This document shows positions 20,601 to 29,155 of a DNA stretch of 41,425 bases, in pieces (position 1 is the stretch's first letter; every line of letters starts with the position of its first letter). The stretch lies in the NCBI GenBank assembly GCA_000934665.2, contig KZ538901.1:1-41425 (forward strand), given 5' to 3'. The position numbers and the translations under genes were made by a program. The DNA comes from Catajapyx aquilonaris. Its lineage: Eukaryota. The notes under the pieces were generated by a model, which worked only from the letters and a program-made list of their open reading frames with translations, was not told where the DNA came from and did not search any database.

Positions 20601-23253
20601 ATGAACACGACCATCTCATAGAGCGTAAAATGCCCCTTCGAATGCACATATCATATATTATATTTGACCTGACCTTCTAGGAGATATGGCCGTCAAAGTG
20701 ACCGCGAACGTAGCAAAAATGCTCGAAAATGGGCACATTTGACACCCTGTGGATATGCAACCACGCAACGCAGAGGGATAATAATTTGGATTCCTGCAGG
20801 TCGATGGGTAGTACATGTCATTAAATTTTGGTCAAGGTCCTCAAAGATTTGTCGGAAGATGCTCTGCTTGACGTGGAATGCCTCATATATATAGGACTTG
20901 ATTCCTTCTGTGATAAATGACATTTACCAGGGTGGTACCTTTAGTGGGGGCTTAACGTCGGCCTATTTCTGCCGCTAGGCTCAACACCGACGCCAGGGGG
21001 TGGTGCTCCTCCTGGAAATTTGGCCGCTCTGGGGATCTGTAACGTACACTCGCGCAATGTCACAAGCACACGGGACCGACTGCGACGGCTTTACTTCCCC
21101 TCCGAAGGAAGGTGCACTCTCACTTTTCTACCACCCAGAGAAAACTCACCGACCTCGGCCGGGTTCGAACCCACAACTTTGGGACCAGAGGCGAGCGCGC
21201 TAACCACTATAGTCCACCGGCGCCGGCTCCAGGGTGGTACCAAAATGATTTACAATTTGTGCATGCTGATAATTTTTGCTTCCATGCAAATGTGTAAAAC
21301 ATGTCACAGGACAATGCGGAAAACATCAAATGAAAGCCTGGCATCTCCTCTTCAAAACCATACATTTAGTTTTCAACATAATCACCACCAACAGTAACAC
21401 ACTTGGGCCAATGATTTACTTGTTCTTCCCTCCCGTCAGCGTAGAACTCAGGGCTGTGGGAAAGTGAACAGGATGCGCCCAGGAAAGGATGTCATTCTTC
21501 ACCATGATTATGTTCGACCACATACAAGCAATCACACTGCGGATGCCATCCACAGACTTAATATCCCCGTACTTCCTTATCCGGCGTATGCAGCCCAGGT
21601 CTTGTGCCTTGTGTCTCATGTCTTTTCCCAAAAATGAATACAGACCTGGAGGGCAATCATGTACAGCTCCAATGAATAAGTTGAGTCTGCTGTTCACTCT
21701 TGGTGCTGATCCCATAGCCCCGGGTTCTACTCTGACGGGAGGAAAGAACTAGCGCATAGTTGGTGCAAGTGTACTGCTACAGGTGGTGATTATGCAGAAA
21801 AGTAAATATGTGATTTTGAAGAGGCCATTTCAGGCTTTTATCTTCCCATATTGTTGTGTGGCATGTATTACACATTCTATGTCCATGGAGGCAAAAATTA
21901 TCAGCACACCCTCGTATCGCTCAGTCACATGCTTAACGAGTGGTGTAATTTCCAGGGAAGTGACAGATTGAGCAGATGACATGTATTTAGATCTGATGAA
22001 TAGAGCTGTGACACCTGGATTCTTTTTGCATAGTACCTGCATTGTCCAATAAATTTTGATTGGTTTTTGTTCATTTGCTGCACAAAAAAATTAATAACAG
22101 CTCCTTACCCCTCCTTGAAGCATGCCTGAAATGGTGCTGCCATCTTTACATAGCCACTGTCAACAAACTACCTGAAGCTATACGTACCATATAAGTCTAC
22201 TACTGTTCTTCTTGAACAGTATCTGAACACATTGGCTACGACGTGGGGTATTTTTCTACCCCACGCGGTTTTCATTTTTTAAAAATTTGCCTTAATAGCA
22301 CTAAAGCCATTCTTCCGCACTAAATTCGACCTGTATTCTCATCTGTATGTGTAAAAAAAATCGATCTCCTGTGACCATTAGTTGAGTCATAAGGGACTTG
22401 AAACTCCGTTATCGCACCTTCGTAGCCTTCCAGCTCGATGCTGTAAGTAATGACTTATAACGTAAACATTCCCAGCTGCAGGGTCTGCAAGATTTTAGTT
22501 CCGAGCAATATTTATTGCTGAATAACAACACTCACACTTTGTAAAATACAATTTTGCTGTGATGCGCTGTGATGTGCTCTCTAAAAAATTATGTACATTG
22601 GCTACGACGTGGGGTATATCTGGACCCCACAGGGACGCTTAGCAGAAAAGTACCGCTAACTCCGCAAAAAAAAAATCTACTGATGTCAAAAAATTTCTTC
22701 GGATCGAAGAAAGTATGTCTGAGGAATATAGGCCTGCCATTTTTCATTTCATACACAATTTATTAATCGCGATGGTATTAACTACATTGTGGGGTAGAAA
22801 AATACCCCACATTGGTGGTGAAGTGTTAAATCACTCATTGTATCTATCATTTCATTTGGTCTGCCCCCACAATTTTTTTGCAATGTAACTGATTCCATCA
22901 TCCTGTACACTTCAAACTGTTGCCTATGGTATGTGAATATCTGCTCTTTATGGAAAGACAGGCCCAACTAATGTACCTTATGCCTGTCAGAGTGTCACTT
23001 CCAGAGAATCTGACTTCATTTATCCGCAGCATAGTTCACAGCCTTGCAAGTGCTATGCCTTATCAAAACCACTCCCTCACATCTTGCCCAGAACAAAAAC
23101 AATAATAAAACTGATAGGAGAGCCTGAGCAATGCCAGCTGCTTCCTTTTAACATGCTTCATGCTGGTTGCATGTACACCATAACATACCTAGAACCACGG
23201 CGGGGCAGAAGATGCTTGAATGGCATAACCATACTCCGTCGAATGAATGGCAT
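2565..23253 (-). CDS. ABHD12: ABHD12-like alpha/beta hydrolase (lysophosphatidylserine lipase family), spliced gene, about 357 aa; coding exons 23189-23253 (probable), 12639-12757, 11656-11761, 6051-6247, 5861-5993, 5681-5798, 5371-5532, 4326-4453, 2565-2610
   Basis: Exons join in consistent phase (1074 nt including the stop) with AG acceptors and GT donors (one GC). The protein has an N-terminal TM helix, [20 protein letters not shown], the nucleophile elbow [21 protein letters not shown] (Asp) and YGHKYI (His), all characteristic of ABHD12. Confidence 0.92.
2694..3995 (+). mobile_element. tRNA-derived SINE, head family A, interrupted by a foldback element
   Basis: A box tggcgccgcgg, B box ggttcaatccc, A-rich tail, 16-bp TSD aacattccctttatgc (2678-2693 / 3996-4011); head and body nearly identical to the copy at 38350. 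Confidence 0.9.
2942..3877. mobile_element. foldback DNA transposon with about 340-bp inverted arms, TA-flanked, nested in the SINE
   Basis: 2942-3279 is the reverse complement of about 3540-3877; termini ta|CCTTACCCAG...CTGGGTAAGG|ta. Confidence 0.88.
4326..4453 (-). CDS. ABHD12: ABHD12 exon ([10 protein letters not shown]...[17 protein letters not shown]), catalytic His
   Basis: ttttcag acceptor, gtgagt donor; contains the GHKYI..PELP motif. Confidence 0.92.
4586..4920. mobile_element. Tc1/pogo (Tigger-like) MITE
   Basis: ta|cagtggagcatcgattatccgaaca ... tgttcggataatcgatggtccactg|ta; internal gttcggataa repeats. Confidence 0.85.
5371..5532 (-). CDS. ABHD12: ABHD12 exon ([12 protein letters not shown]...[19 protein letters not shown]), catalytic Asp
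   Basis: tttcag acceptor, gtacaa donor; contains the HAEDD..VPF.LGKK motif. Confidence 0.93.
5681..5798 (-). CDS. ABHD12: ABHD12 exon ([39 protein letters not shown])
   Basis: cag acceptor, gtgagc donor; contains the LVLESPF motif; overlaps ORF 5600..5797. Confidence 0.93.
5861..5993 (-). CDS. ABHD12: ABHD12 exon ([19 protein letters not shown]...[10 protein letters not shown]), catalytic Ser
   Basis: cag acceptor, gtatgt donor; contains the GxSxG nucleophile elbow. Confidence 0.94.
6051..6247 (-). CDS. ABHD12: ABHD12 exon (WHILPRSL...[22 protein letters not shown]...FDYRG)
   Basis: cag acceptor, gtgcgt donor; contains the HGN oxyanion-hole motif; matches ORF 6043..6240. Confidence 0.94.
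7166..7448 (+). mobile_element. tRNA-derived SINE, head family B (GCT-anticodon-like arm), internally shortened
   Basis: Head accgaagcag...gactgctaatc...gggatcaaatcc; 13-bp TSD aattgtaaaagaa (7153-7165 / 7449-7461). Confidence 0.85.
7887..8680. mobile_element. hAT-like foldback element, about 390-bp inverted arms and about 20-bp loop
   Basis: TIR cagggttgtgaaccgaaccgaacc; 8-bp TSD ttctgaac / ctctgaac; arms are complementary almost to the centre (about 8290). Confidence 0.9.
8776..9208 (+). mobile_element. tRNA-derived SINE, head family B
   Basis: Same head as 7166 and 32075; 16-bp TSD tatcatgcctattaac (8760-8775 / 9209-9224). Confidence 0.88.
9143..10223. repeat. local inverted duplication (9143-about 9385 vs 9898-10223) with an approximately 137-bp tandem unit in the left arm
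   Basis: The right arm is the reverse complement of the SINE tail, TSD and downstream flank. The unit ccgttcgatttg..aaaattggatatgttg..cccagaccatcctgatcaatg occurs twice on + and once on -. Confidence 0.85.
9538..9683. mobile_element. PIF/Harbinger-like palindromic MITE
   Basis: taa|aggccatttcacaaaaaaaatgtc ... gacattttttttgtgaaatggcct|taa; TAA TSD; almost fully palindromic. Confidence 0.82.
10319..11382. mobile_element. old foldback MITE with 8-bp TSD (hAT-like), hosting a nested hAT MITE
   Basis: Exact TSD ctcagtat (10311-10318 / 11383-11390); diverged inverted arms cagccccctgc..gatttggctctg vs cagcgccaaatc..gcagggggcgg. Confidence 0.7.
10427..11182. mobile_element. hAT-like MITE (CAGTGGCGTAG termini) containing a Tigger-like 3' fragment at about 10785-10864
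   Basis: TIR cagtggcgtag / ctatgccactg; TSD actcgagc / acttgagc; subterminal gcgcccggggc motifs. Confidence 0.82.
11656..11761 (-). CDS. ABHD12: ABHD12 exon ([36 protein letters not shown]) ending at a GC donor
   Basis: ttttgtgtttttcag acceptor; phase-2 end TG|gcaagt joins G-CAC of the next exon to give the conserved G.WH. Confidence 0.88.
11813..12626. mobile_element. diverged foldback element with about 200-bp arms, filling most of an ABHD12 intron
   Basis: acaagagaatgaccaagggtggtagcc... pairs with ...ggctaccacccttggtcattcccttgt; complementarity extends to about 12015 / 12425. Confidence 0.8.
12639..12757 (-). CDS. ABHD12: ABHD12 transmembrane exon ([39 protein letters not shown])
   Basis: ttttcag acceptor, gtaagt donor; hydrophobic helix followed by P.LQ..LVFL.F as in ABHD12. 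Confidence 0.88.
13346..13665 (+). mobile_element. non-autonomous Helitron
   Basis: 5' a|TC..ctatataaataaa, a (tgtc)n microsatellite, a 3' hairpin cccgggcaacgccggg, then CTAG|t, with no TSD. The 5' end is uncertain by a few bases. Confidence 0.85.
14330..14592 (+). pseudogene. mariner transposon 3' relic
   Basis: Encodes [12 protein letters not shown], similar to the mariner C-terminal KC...G.YVEK, and ends tttctgaatgagcctca|ta like a mariner TIR. Confidence 0.55.
14602..17413. mobile_element. piggyBac-like MITE (about 0.88 kb net) interrupted by a 1.9-kb hAT foldback
   Basis: TIR cctcctgagacc / ggtctcaggagg flanked by atat on both sides; internal repeat of the left end at about 14970. Confidence 0.65.
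15065..16991. mobile_element. hAT-like giant foldback element with about 815-bp inverted arms
   Basis: TIR tagggcggctcgaaaaacac; exact 8-bp TSD ctgtacac (15057-15064 / 16992-16999); 15065-about 15881 is the reverse complement of about 16172-16991. Confidence 0.93.
17716..17926. mobile_element. Sola2-like hairpin MITE
   Basis: TIR gggcaattcca / tggaattgccc; 4-bp TSD agac; body largely self-complementary. Confidence 0.7.
18880..19010 (+). mobile_element. degenerate family-A SINE fragment
   Basis: ggttcaatcccaagccggg...ctctggcttc...gggtggga...tagactaac resembles the body of the 2694 and 38350 copies. Confidence 0.6.
19023..20777. mobile_element. giant foldback element (CCC...GGG termini, piggyBac-like), palindromic essentially to its centre at about 19900
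   Basis: ttat|ccctctgcgttgcgtggttg ... caaccacgcaacgcagaggg|ataa; each arm holds a direct repeat with a period of about 320 bp; TSD ambiguous. Confidence 0.9.
20940..21228 (-). mobile_element. tRNA-derived SINE, family D
   Basis: Minus-strand A and B boxes (tagtggttagcg; gggttcgaaccc); 13-bp TSD ccagggtggtacc (20927-20939 / 21229-21241). Confidence 0.88.
21253..21914. mobile_element. mariner-derived element with about 210-bp inverted arms around a decayed transposase core
   Basis: Right end aaaaattatcagcacaccctcg|ta is a mariner-type TIR. The spacer translates to [12 protein letters not shown]...VLPYPAY-(frameshift)-SPGLVPC..LFPKM, similar to mariner HDNARPH / YSPDLAPCDF.LFPK. Confidence 0.8.
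22228..22825. mobile_element. piggyBac-like MITE
   Basis: Left end cacattggctacgacgtggggtatttttctaccccac; right end gtggggtagaaaaataccccac..aagtg|ttaa; left motif repeated at about 22596. Confidence 0.65.
23189..23253 (-). CDS. ABHD12: probable first coding exon of ABHD12 ([22 protein letters not shown])
   Basis: ATG at 23253; strong AG|gtatgt donor in phase 2, matching the TM exon; upstream acceptor ctctctgttctag at 23284; encodes a basic cytosolic N-terminus. No homology check was possible. Confidence 0.55.
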
Positions 23254-24033
23254 CAAACGCTGGTCAAAAAACACGAGATCAATCTAGAACAGAGAGGAGC
23301 AAGGATACCAGTAAATAATCTAACCTTGTGACTTGAGCAATGACTCATCACAACGGCACACACATGCTCATTGGTTGCTACCAAGGCTGCATGTAATTCA
23401 ACTGGGAGGGCTGCATGTGCAAGACTGAAAGCCGCACAGGGGCAACATGTCAAGGGACAAACACACTGACCCTCTCCATCAAGCTACTGCTGCGCAATTC
23501 AGCCATTCTTTGGCGGTTTTCTGGCGCCCCACCAGAAGCGTCCCCACAACCATCCAAATATTCGGCCACCCTCGGCCACCACACTGATTCCTTTGGCAGA
23601 TAACCACACAACATCAATCGATGGCCGATACTAGAGGCAGAACCACCGTAGCACAGCAGCTCTTCTAGATTTTAATAGCTATATATTCAAATTCATCAAA
23701 TAGCCGCCAGGTAGACTACTCAAATATAAGGCAGAAAAGGCGGTATTTCTCTTGGTACAAGTATGTCACTTTGTAGGGCTTACAACGCAGCGCAGCGGTG
23801 TGATTTACTTATTTAGTTGCTTAACTTGTACATGATATGTTATGTACTGCAGGTATACCCAAGTACAGGGCTTTCCAGTTAAATACAGTATATATAGAGG
23901 AATAGACCTACACTGCAGTATACAGTATAAAATTTTCAAATCAGCTGTGCACAGTCTACACTTTTGTAATATATAGTTTTGTCTAGCGTATGTATTCTAA
24001 AGGGGCATCCCACTCATGTAGAGAATAATAAGG

Positions 24034-24106
<73 letters not shown>
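24034..24106. repeat. (ATT)n microsatellite
   Basis: Pure trinucleotide run. Confidence 0.95.
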
Positions 24107-24517
24107 GGAGTTCGAGTGTGGATTTCCGTATGCTGGTTCTTCTCGCTGGCCTGTGGGTGTTCTGGTCGTTTGGAGGAGAATATTTTAGTCACTTGGAGGA
24201 ATTTAACAGTTGCTGATTCCTCTTCCAGGGGTGTGGGAGACACTTGTTTTCTCAAAGTACCGCGTTGCATAGTGTAATATTTTAATATGGAAAGTTTGTC
24301 GTCTGACATGGGCAGGGGTGGGGGGCGGGACGGGTTGTTTACAGGTTTATTTTTTACCAGTTTTAATTTAGTTCATATTTTGGGTTAGCTTGCGGCTCCC
24401 GTCATCGCTGACTACCCCTTATAGGGAAATGTCGTGATGGTGATGGTGATGATTATTATTATTATCATCATCATCATCATTAATGCACTGCAAAACTGAC
24501 GCCACACTTAATTAGAG

Positions 24518-24754
24518 CAGTGGTTTCCAACCTTTTACTCATGCTTTTACTAACTGCGACACCCTAAACATGTTTCCATAAATGTGCGACTCCTCCCCCT
24601 CCCTCCCCTCCCTCGGCCTCTCCTATACTGCCCCCTTTTCAGAAAACATACACTCTGTACGGCCGCAAAATAGGTTCAATTGACACCGTTTCTTCCCCCT
24701 TTTTTAAAGTTGAACCAAGGCTCGCGACCCCCGCGACCCTGTTGGAAACCACTC
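24518..24754. mobile_element. hAT (Charlie/Buster-like) MITE
   Basis: TIR cagtggtttccaac / gttggaaaccactc; TSD aattagag / gattagag. Confidence 0.8.
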
Positions 24755-24855
24755 GATTAGAGTGACATCAACAAGTTACCTGACAATAAGAGGCTTTGTG
24801 ACGACACAATAGGCTACCATTCTATGGTTGAATACGATAAAAGGTTGTATTATTT

Positions 24856-25194
24856 GGAGAGGTGTGGTGGTCGAGATGGTAACGTCTCGGCTTACTGAGT
24901 GAAAGGTTCCATGTTTGATCCCCGCCTGGGAGCTCCCTTTCACCTGCGTCAGGAGGGTCTCTCAGACTCTGACCCGCGCCTTGAAGGTGTCTGGCACCCT
25001 AACCTCCTGGGGAACAGCACATGGCCCCTTTTCAGACAATGCACTTGCACCCATGTTCCCTCCCCAAAAAATCCATATCTTGAGCCATTTTCCTTTATTC
25101 CCTGCACCGCAGTTAGAAGAAAATAGAAAATAGGAAAATATGGTGGCAGTCCACCCCCCAAAATTGACACTGTCTCATGGGGTACACCCTTTTA
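24856..25194 (+). mobile_element. tRNA-derived SINE, head family C
   Basis: A box tggtcgagatgg, degenerate B box; TSD aaaa(g/t)gttgtattattt (24839-24855 / 25195-25211). Confidence 0.85.
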
Positions 25195-25510
25195 AAAATG
25201 TTGTATTATTTTATACTTTGGGCTGTTTACATGAATAACAATGAATGAGGAAAAACGATGTCTTCATCATCAATCGCATAAATGACAATAAAGATAACTG
25301 TATGACTTGTGTATTAGCTACTTCCGTTTTTGTTATTGCTTAGTCTATATAGAATATTATTTATTGCTCAAAATAACTATCATAGTAAACAATAAATAAT
25401 TGCCCATATCTGACGAGGAACAACCAACACTAGTTAGGGCTTAGGGCCGGTCATATAATTGACAGCAGATGATGGGCTAATTGTTTCCACTTAGTCGGTC
25501 AACGCCCTTA

Positions 25511-26137
25511 CCTCTGGAACCGTGACTTGCCTGAAAGTTACGGCAACCGTGACGTGGGGTCTTTTAGGACCCCATCCATATTGTAATTTTTATATAACAC
25601 TTTTCAATGTACAATATTGACTATATTAAATCATTCTTTGAACAATGCCTAAAATGATCGCTAATTCAAAATAAACAGGGGAGGTGTGGTGGCCGAGATG
25701 GTAACGTCTCGGCTTGCTGAGTGAAAGGCCCCAGGTTCGATACCCGCCTGGGGAACTTTCCTTTCACCTGTCTCTGACCTGCACCAAGGAGGTGTCTGGC
25801 AACCTAGCTAACCTCCTGGGGAACAGCACATGACCCATAACTACGACATTGCACCTTGCACCCATGTTCCCTCCCCAAAAATCCATATCCTTTCCCATTG
25901 TCCCTGCTTCCTTGCACCGGTGAATGAAGTGAAAATATATATAATACAGAAAACTGATGGTGGTATGCCACCCCCCTATAGCTCCCGTAAGGGACATCAC
26001 GGGGTTAAAAAATCAAAATAAATAAGCACATCCTGTTATATACTTTTTAAATGGCAAAAGTTAATTGTAATTATAATTTTAATGCATTTTAATTCCTTTG
26101 GTGTCCTAAAAGACCCCACGTCGCGTCGGTTCCAGGG
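25511..26137. mobile_element. piggyBac-like MITE, copy 1, with a nested SINE
   Basis: Ends ..ctggaaccgtgac..gtggggtcttttaggacccc / gtcctaaaagaccccacgtc..ggttccaggg|ttaa. Confidence 0.75.
25676..26012 (+). mobile_element. tRNA-derived SINE, head family C
   Basis: A box tggccgagatgg, B box ggttcgatacc; 10-bp TSD tcaaaataaa (25666-25675 / 26013-26022). Confidence 0.85.
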
Positions 26138-27157
26138 TTAACTTGTGACATTCCAGGAGCGTCTATAGTCCATATTCAACACGTTCGATTGCACTAGCAG
26201 GCCTACTAGACGGTAAGATGCACTGGTTATGGTGCCACAATGACGTGTAGGCACGACGTCCTCCTATGGTTGAAAGTTTCAGACTAAAAGTCATCGCTAT
26301 CGCGTCTCGAAGGCGCCTGAACAAAATGCCTGAACCTCTTGCAGTAAATGCACCTAATATAATAAATTTCAGATTTAGTCTTGAAACTACTTTATGTAGG
26401 ACAAGCACGTTTTGTTGGAGAATTCTATCAGAATCAGTCCAATCAATCCCTAGAAGCTAGAACATTAGGCTATGTGATAAGTTCAAATGAATAGCTAATA
26501 TTAGTTTATGTATAGCTGTTCACCTGCAATAGTATTCCACAACTAATATGTATATAATAACACCTATAAAGATCCAAATAGCTCACTGCCTATCGATATA
26601 ATCATTACAAGAAGCACGTGGATTTCAAGACATGTTGAATAATAAAAATGTCTAGACCTGTGAACTTGGGTCTTGGGTACAGGTTGATCCGTTCCGGGTG
26701 AAGTGGTTCGGGATAGGGTGTGGCATAGAAAGTAGACGGGGTATAACTGTAGGCCTATGGTGGTGGCGTGATATCATTGGGTTTGGTCTAGAATGCTCAG
26801 CGCAAATCGTATGCACGCTATTACTATTACACTCAAGCCCAGCTCGGACTCGTAAATCAATAACGACTGATTTCCCACCAGTTCAAGCACATTGTGCATC
26901 ATGTACGTATCTGAAGGAAGTGGTAGTTTTGCATGCCATTGATGGTCTCCATTTACATGTTATTTGTAAGCTTACTATACAATCTATAAGCCTACATCAT
27001 TTCGCTCCAAATATTTGCCATGAGTCCATAAAGACGATGGTACGCGGATAAGTTGAAGATGGGAACGAAGTCGCGTCAGGTTGCTCTGCAAAGGCTGCTC
27101 TCTGGTTGCCTTTGGTTATTTTACATCCAGTAGGCCTATATACCGGTGCTATTACAA

Positions 27158-27677
27158 CCCTGGAACCGTGACGTGCCTGAAAGTTACGTTAACCGTGACC
27201 TGCCTGAAAGTTACGTTAACCGTGACGTGGGGTCTTTTAGGACCTATCCATATTTAAATTTTTATTAATTTTTATATAATACTTTTCAATGTATTGACTA
27301 TATATTCAGTCATTCTTTGAACAATGCCTGAAAAATGATCGCTAATTCAAAATAAACATTAATGTTCCCTCCCCAAAAATCCATATCCTTACCCATTCCT
27401 TTATTCCCTGCACCGGAGTTAGAAGAAAATGGAAAATAGAAAATATGGGAATATGGTGGCAGTCCACCCCCCAAAACTGACACTGTCTCATGGGGTACAC
27501 CCTTTAAAAAAAGGTTGTATTATTTTACACCTTGGGCTGTTTACATGAATAACAATGAAATGGTTATATACAGGTAGGCCCTACTTTAAAAAAATGGCAA
27601 CAGTTAATTGTAATTATCATTTTAATGCATTTTATTTCCTTTGGGGTCCTAAAAGACCCCACGTCACGGTTCTAGGG
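27158..27677. mobile_element. piggyBac-like MITE, copy 2, carrying a copied SINE 3' end and flank
   Basis: Same ends and body as 25511-26137, ending ggg|ttaa; 27362-27559 matches 25053-25245. Confidence 0.78.
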
Positions 27678-28499
27678 TTAATGACGTTTGCCTCTGTGAC
27701 GCAAGAATATCCCACGAACGGGGCGACGCGACGGCACAGTAGGCTCACGCTCAGTAGCCCCCACCTAAACATGATTACCGTCAGGGCATAGAAGAAACTC
27801 TTCATCTAAAACTGGTTTAGAATATATTATTTTCATAATCTCAGACTGTGTCATTATTCGGCATTATCATAAAATAATAATATTTGGCTCATTGGCTGAA
27901 TGTACTGTAGTCCTAACTCCATCTTACAAACTTGACAATGCCTATAGCGAACTATAGGATTGCGTGAGTATTACTACTGCAAAAAAAAAGTGTGCGTGTG
28001 CGCATGAGTGTTGTCTTACACGAATGAATCACAGTCGTGTAGAGTAGGATTACGTAGGCTCACATAATATTGTGCCATAATTTTGCGCGATTTATGGCAC
28101 GGGATTTGAGAAATACGAAGTTGTTATATTGTATTGATGTGTACTTGTAGTCACGTTCTTGCACACGAGAACACTCTACTTGAAGTTATACTACTTCGGC
28201 CAAACCTGGAGGCCTAATAAAATATTGTGCAACTGACGTGTATAACTTATACTAAAACTAAACTACAGTTTCGTTCAGGACACATTAAATAAATAATTAT
28301 TTTTTTGGTCAGTATATCCTCAATAGCCTTACTTACGCGATGCTGATAATCGAGGGATGTTGAACCATCTAGCAATAATTGCAGGTGTTACTGTGATATA
28401 ACTCAGTGAACGTGTTTTCGGCAGATGAAATAAGCTCCCTATGATTAGATAGCAAGGATTTAAGATAAATAGGTTACGTATCTGTTACTGCTGTCGACG

Positions 28500-28921
28500 A
28501 TGCGCGTGTGAAGGGTGCAAGATACACAGGGTGATGCGAATTCATCTGCCAAAATGATACGGGTAGTAGGGGGTGCGCATGAAAGAAGCATGGCATGGGT
28601 CCTAAAGGCCGGCGACGACGTTGACGTCAACAATGTCTTTCCTGACAAGTATGGATAGATTGGATACCCACGTACTGTAGTACATGCCTCATCGCTGGTT
28701 GACGGAGCTAGGCCGGTTGAGCAACGTAGGGTCTGGGAGTGCGAGCCGCAACCAGCAATGCGGCAGGCATGTACTGGGGTAGCCACACTTGTCAGGATAT
28801 CGTTGGCGTCAAAGTCATCGCTGGCCTTTCGGACCCCATGCGAAGCCTCTTCCACATGCACCCCCTCTCGCCCGAATCTTATTGGCAGATGAATTCATAT
28901 GCAATGCACCCATATAAGCAT
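28500..28921. repeat. diverged foldback with about 200-bp arms, just downstream of the exu-like stop codon
   Basis: gaattcatctgcca..ggggtgc..aaaggcc.gcga.gac.ttgacg..tcctgacaagt..gtacatgcct is mirrored on the opposite strand around about 28725. Confidence 0.75.
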
Positions 28922-29009
28922 ACATACTGCAAAGGTATGATCTGGAGCCACGTAATAAAACACTCAAAATATTGCAATATCTTCTCAATGTTTTTGAGTG
29001 ACGTACGGA

Positions 29010-29072
29010 GACTGAAGACTGAAACTGGACTGGAACTGAACTGGACTGAACTGGGAAACTGGAGACTGAAAC
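29010..29072. repeat. degenerate (ACTGR)n tandem repeat
   Basis: actgaagactgaaactggactggaactgaactggactgaactgg... Confidence 0.7.
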
Positions 29073-29155
29073 AAAAGTCAAGAGTAATGCTATAATAGGT
29101 TTTGCAGCAATAATTTAGTACTATATGCAAATAAGATCAGCATAAAAACCAAATG

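Noticed and set aside
23324..23510. Extra upstream coding exons for ABHD12
   Set aside because: The implied introns are only about 40-46 nt and the phases do not give one open frame; at most these are UTR exons.
26266..26460. RLNKMPEPLAVNAPNIINFRFSL resembling a LINE ORF2 C-terminus (WN.LP...A.....FK..L)
   Set aside because: Too short and degenerate to support without a profile search.
26600..27130. Possible small spliced gene on the minus strand (gtaagc donor near 26974, ccttcag acceptor near 26911)
   Set aside because: Stop codons interrupt every frame combination tried and no motif was recognised.
27165..27230. 29-bp tandem units (aaccgtgac.tgcctgaaagttacgtt) as a CRISPR-like array
   Set aside because: Only 2-3 adjacent units with no spacers, at a MITE end in eukaryotic DNA.
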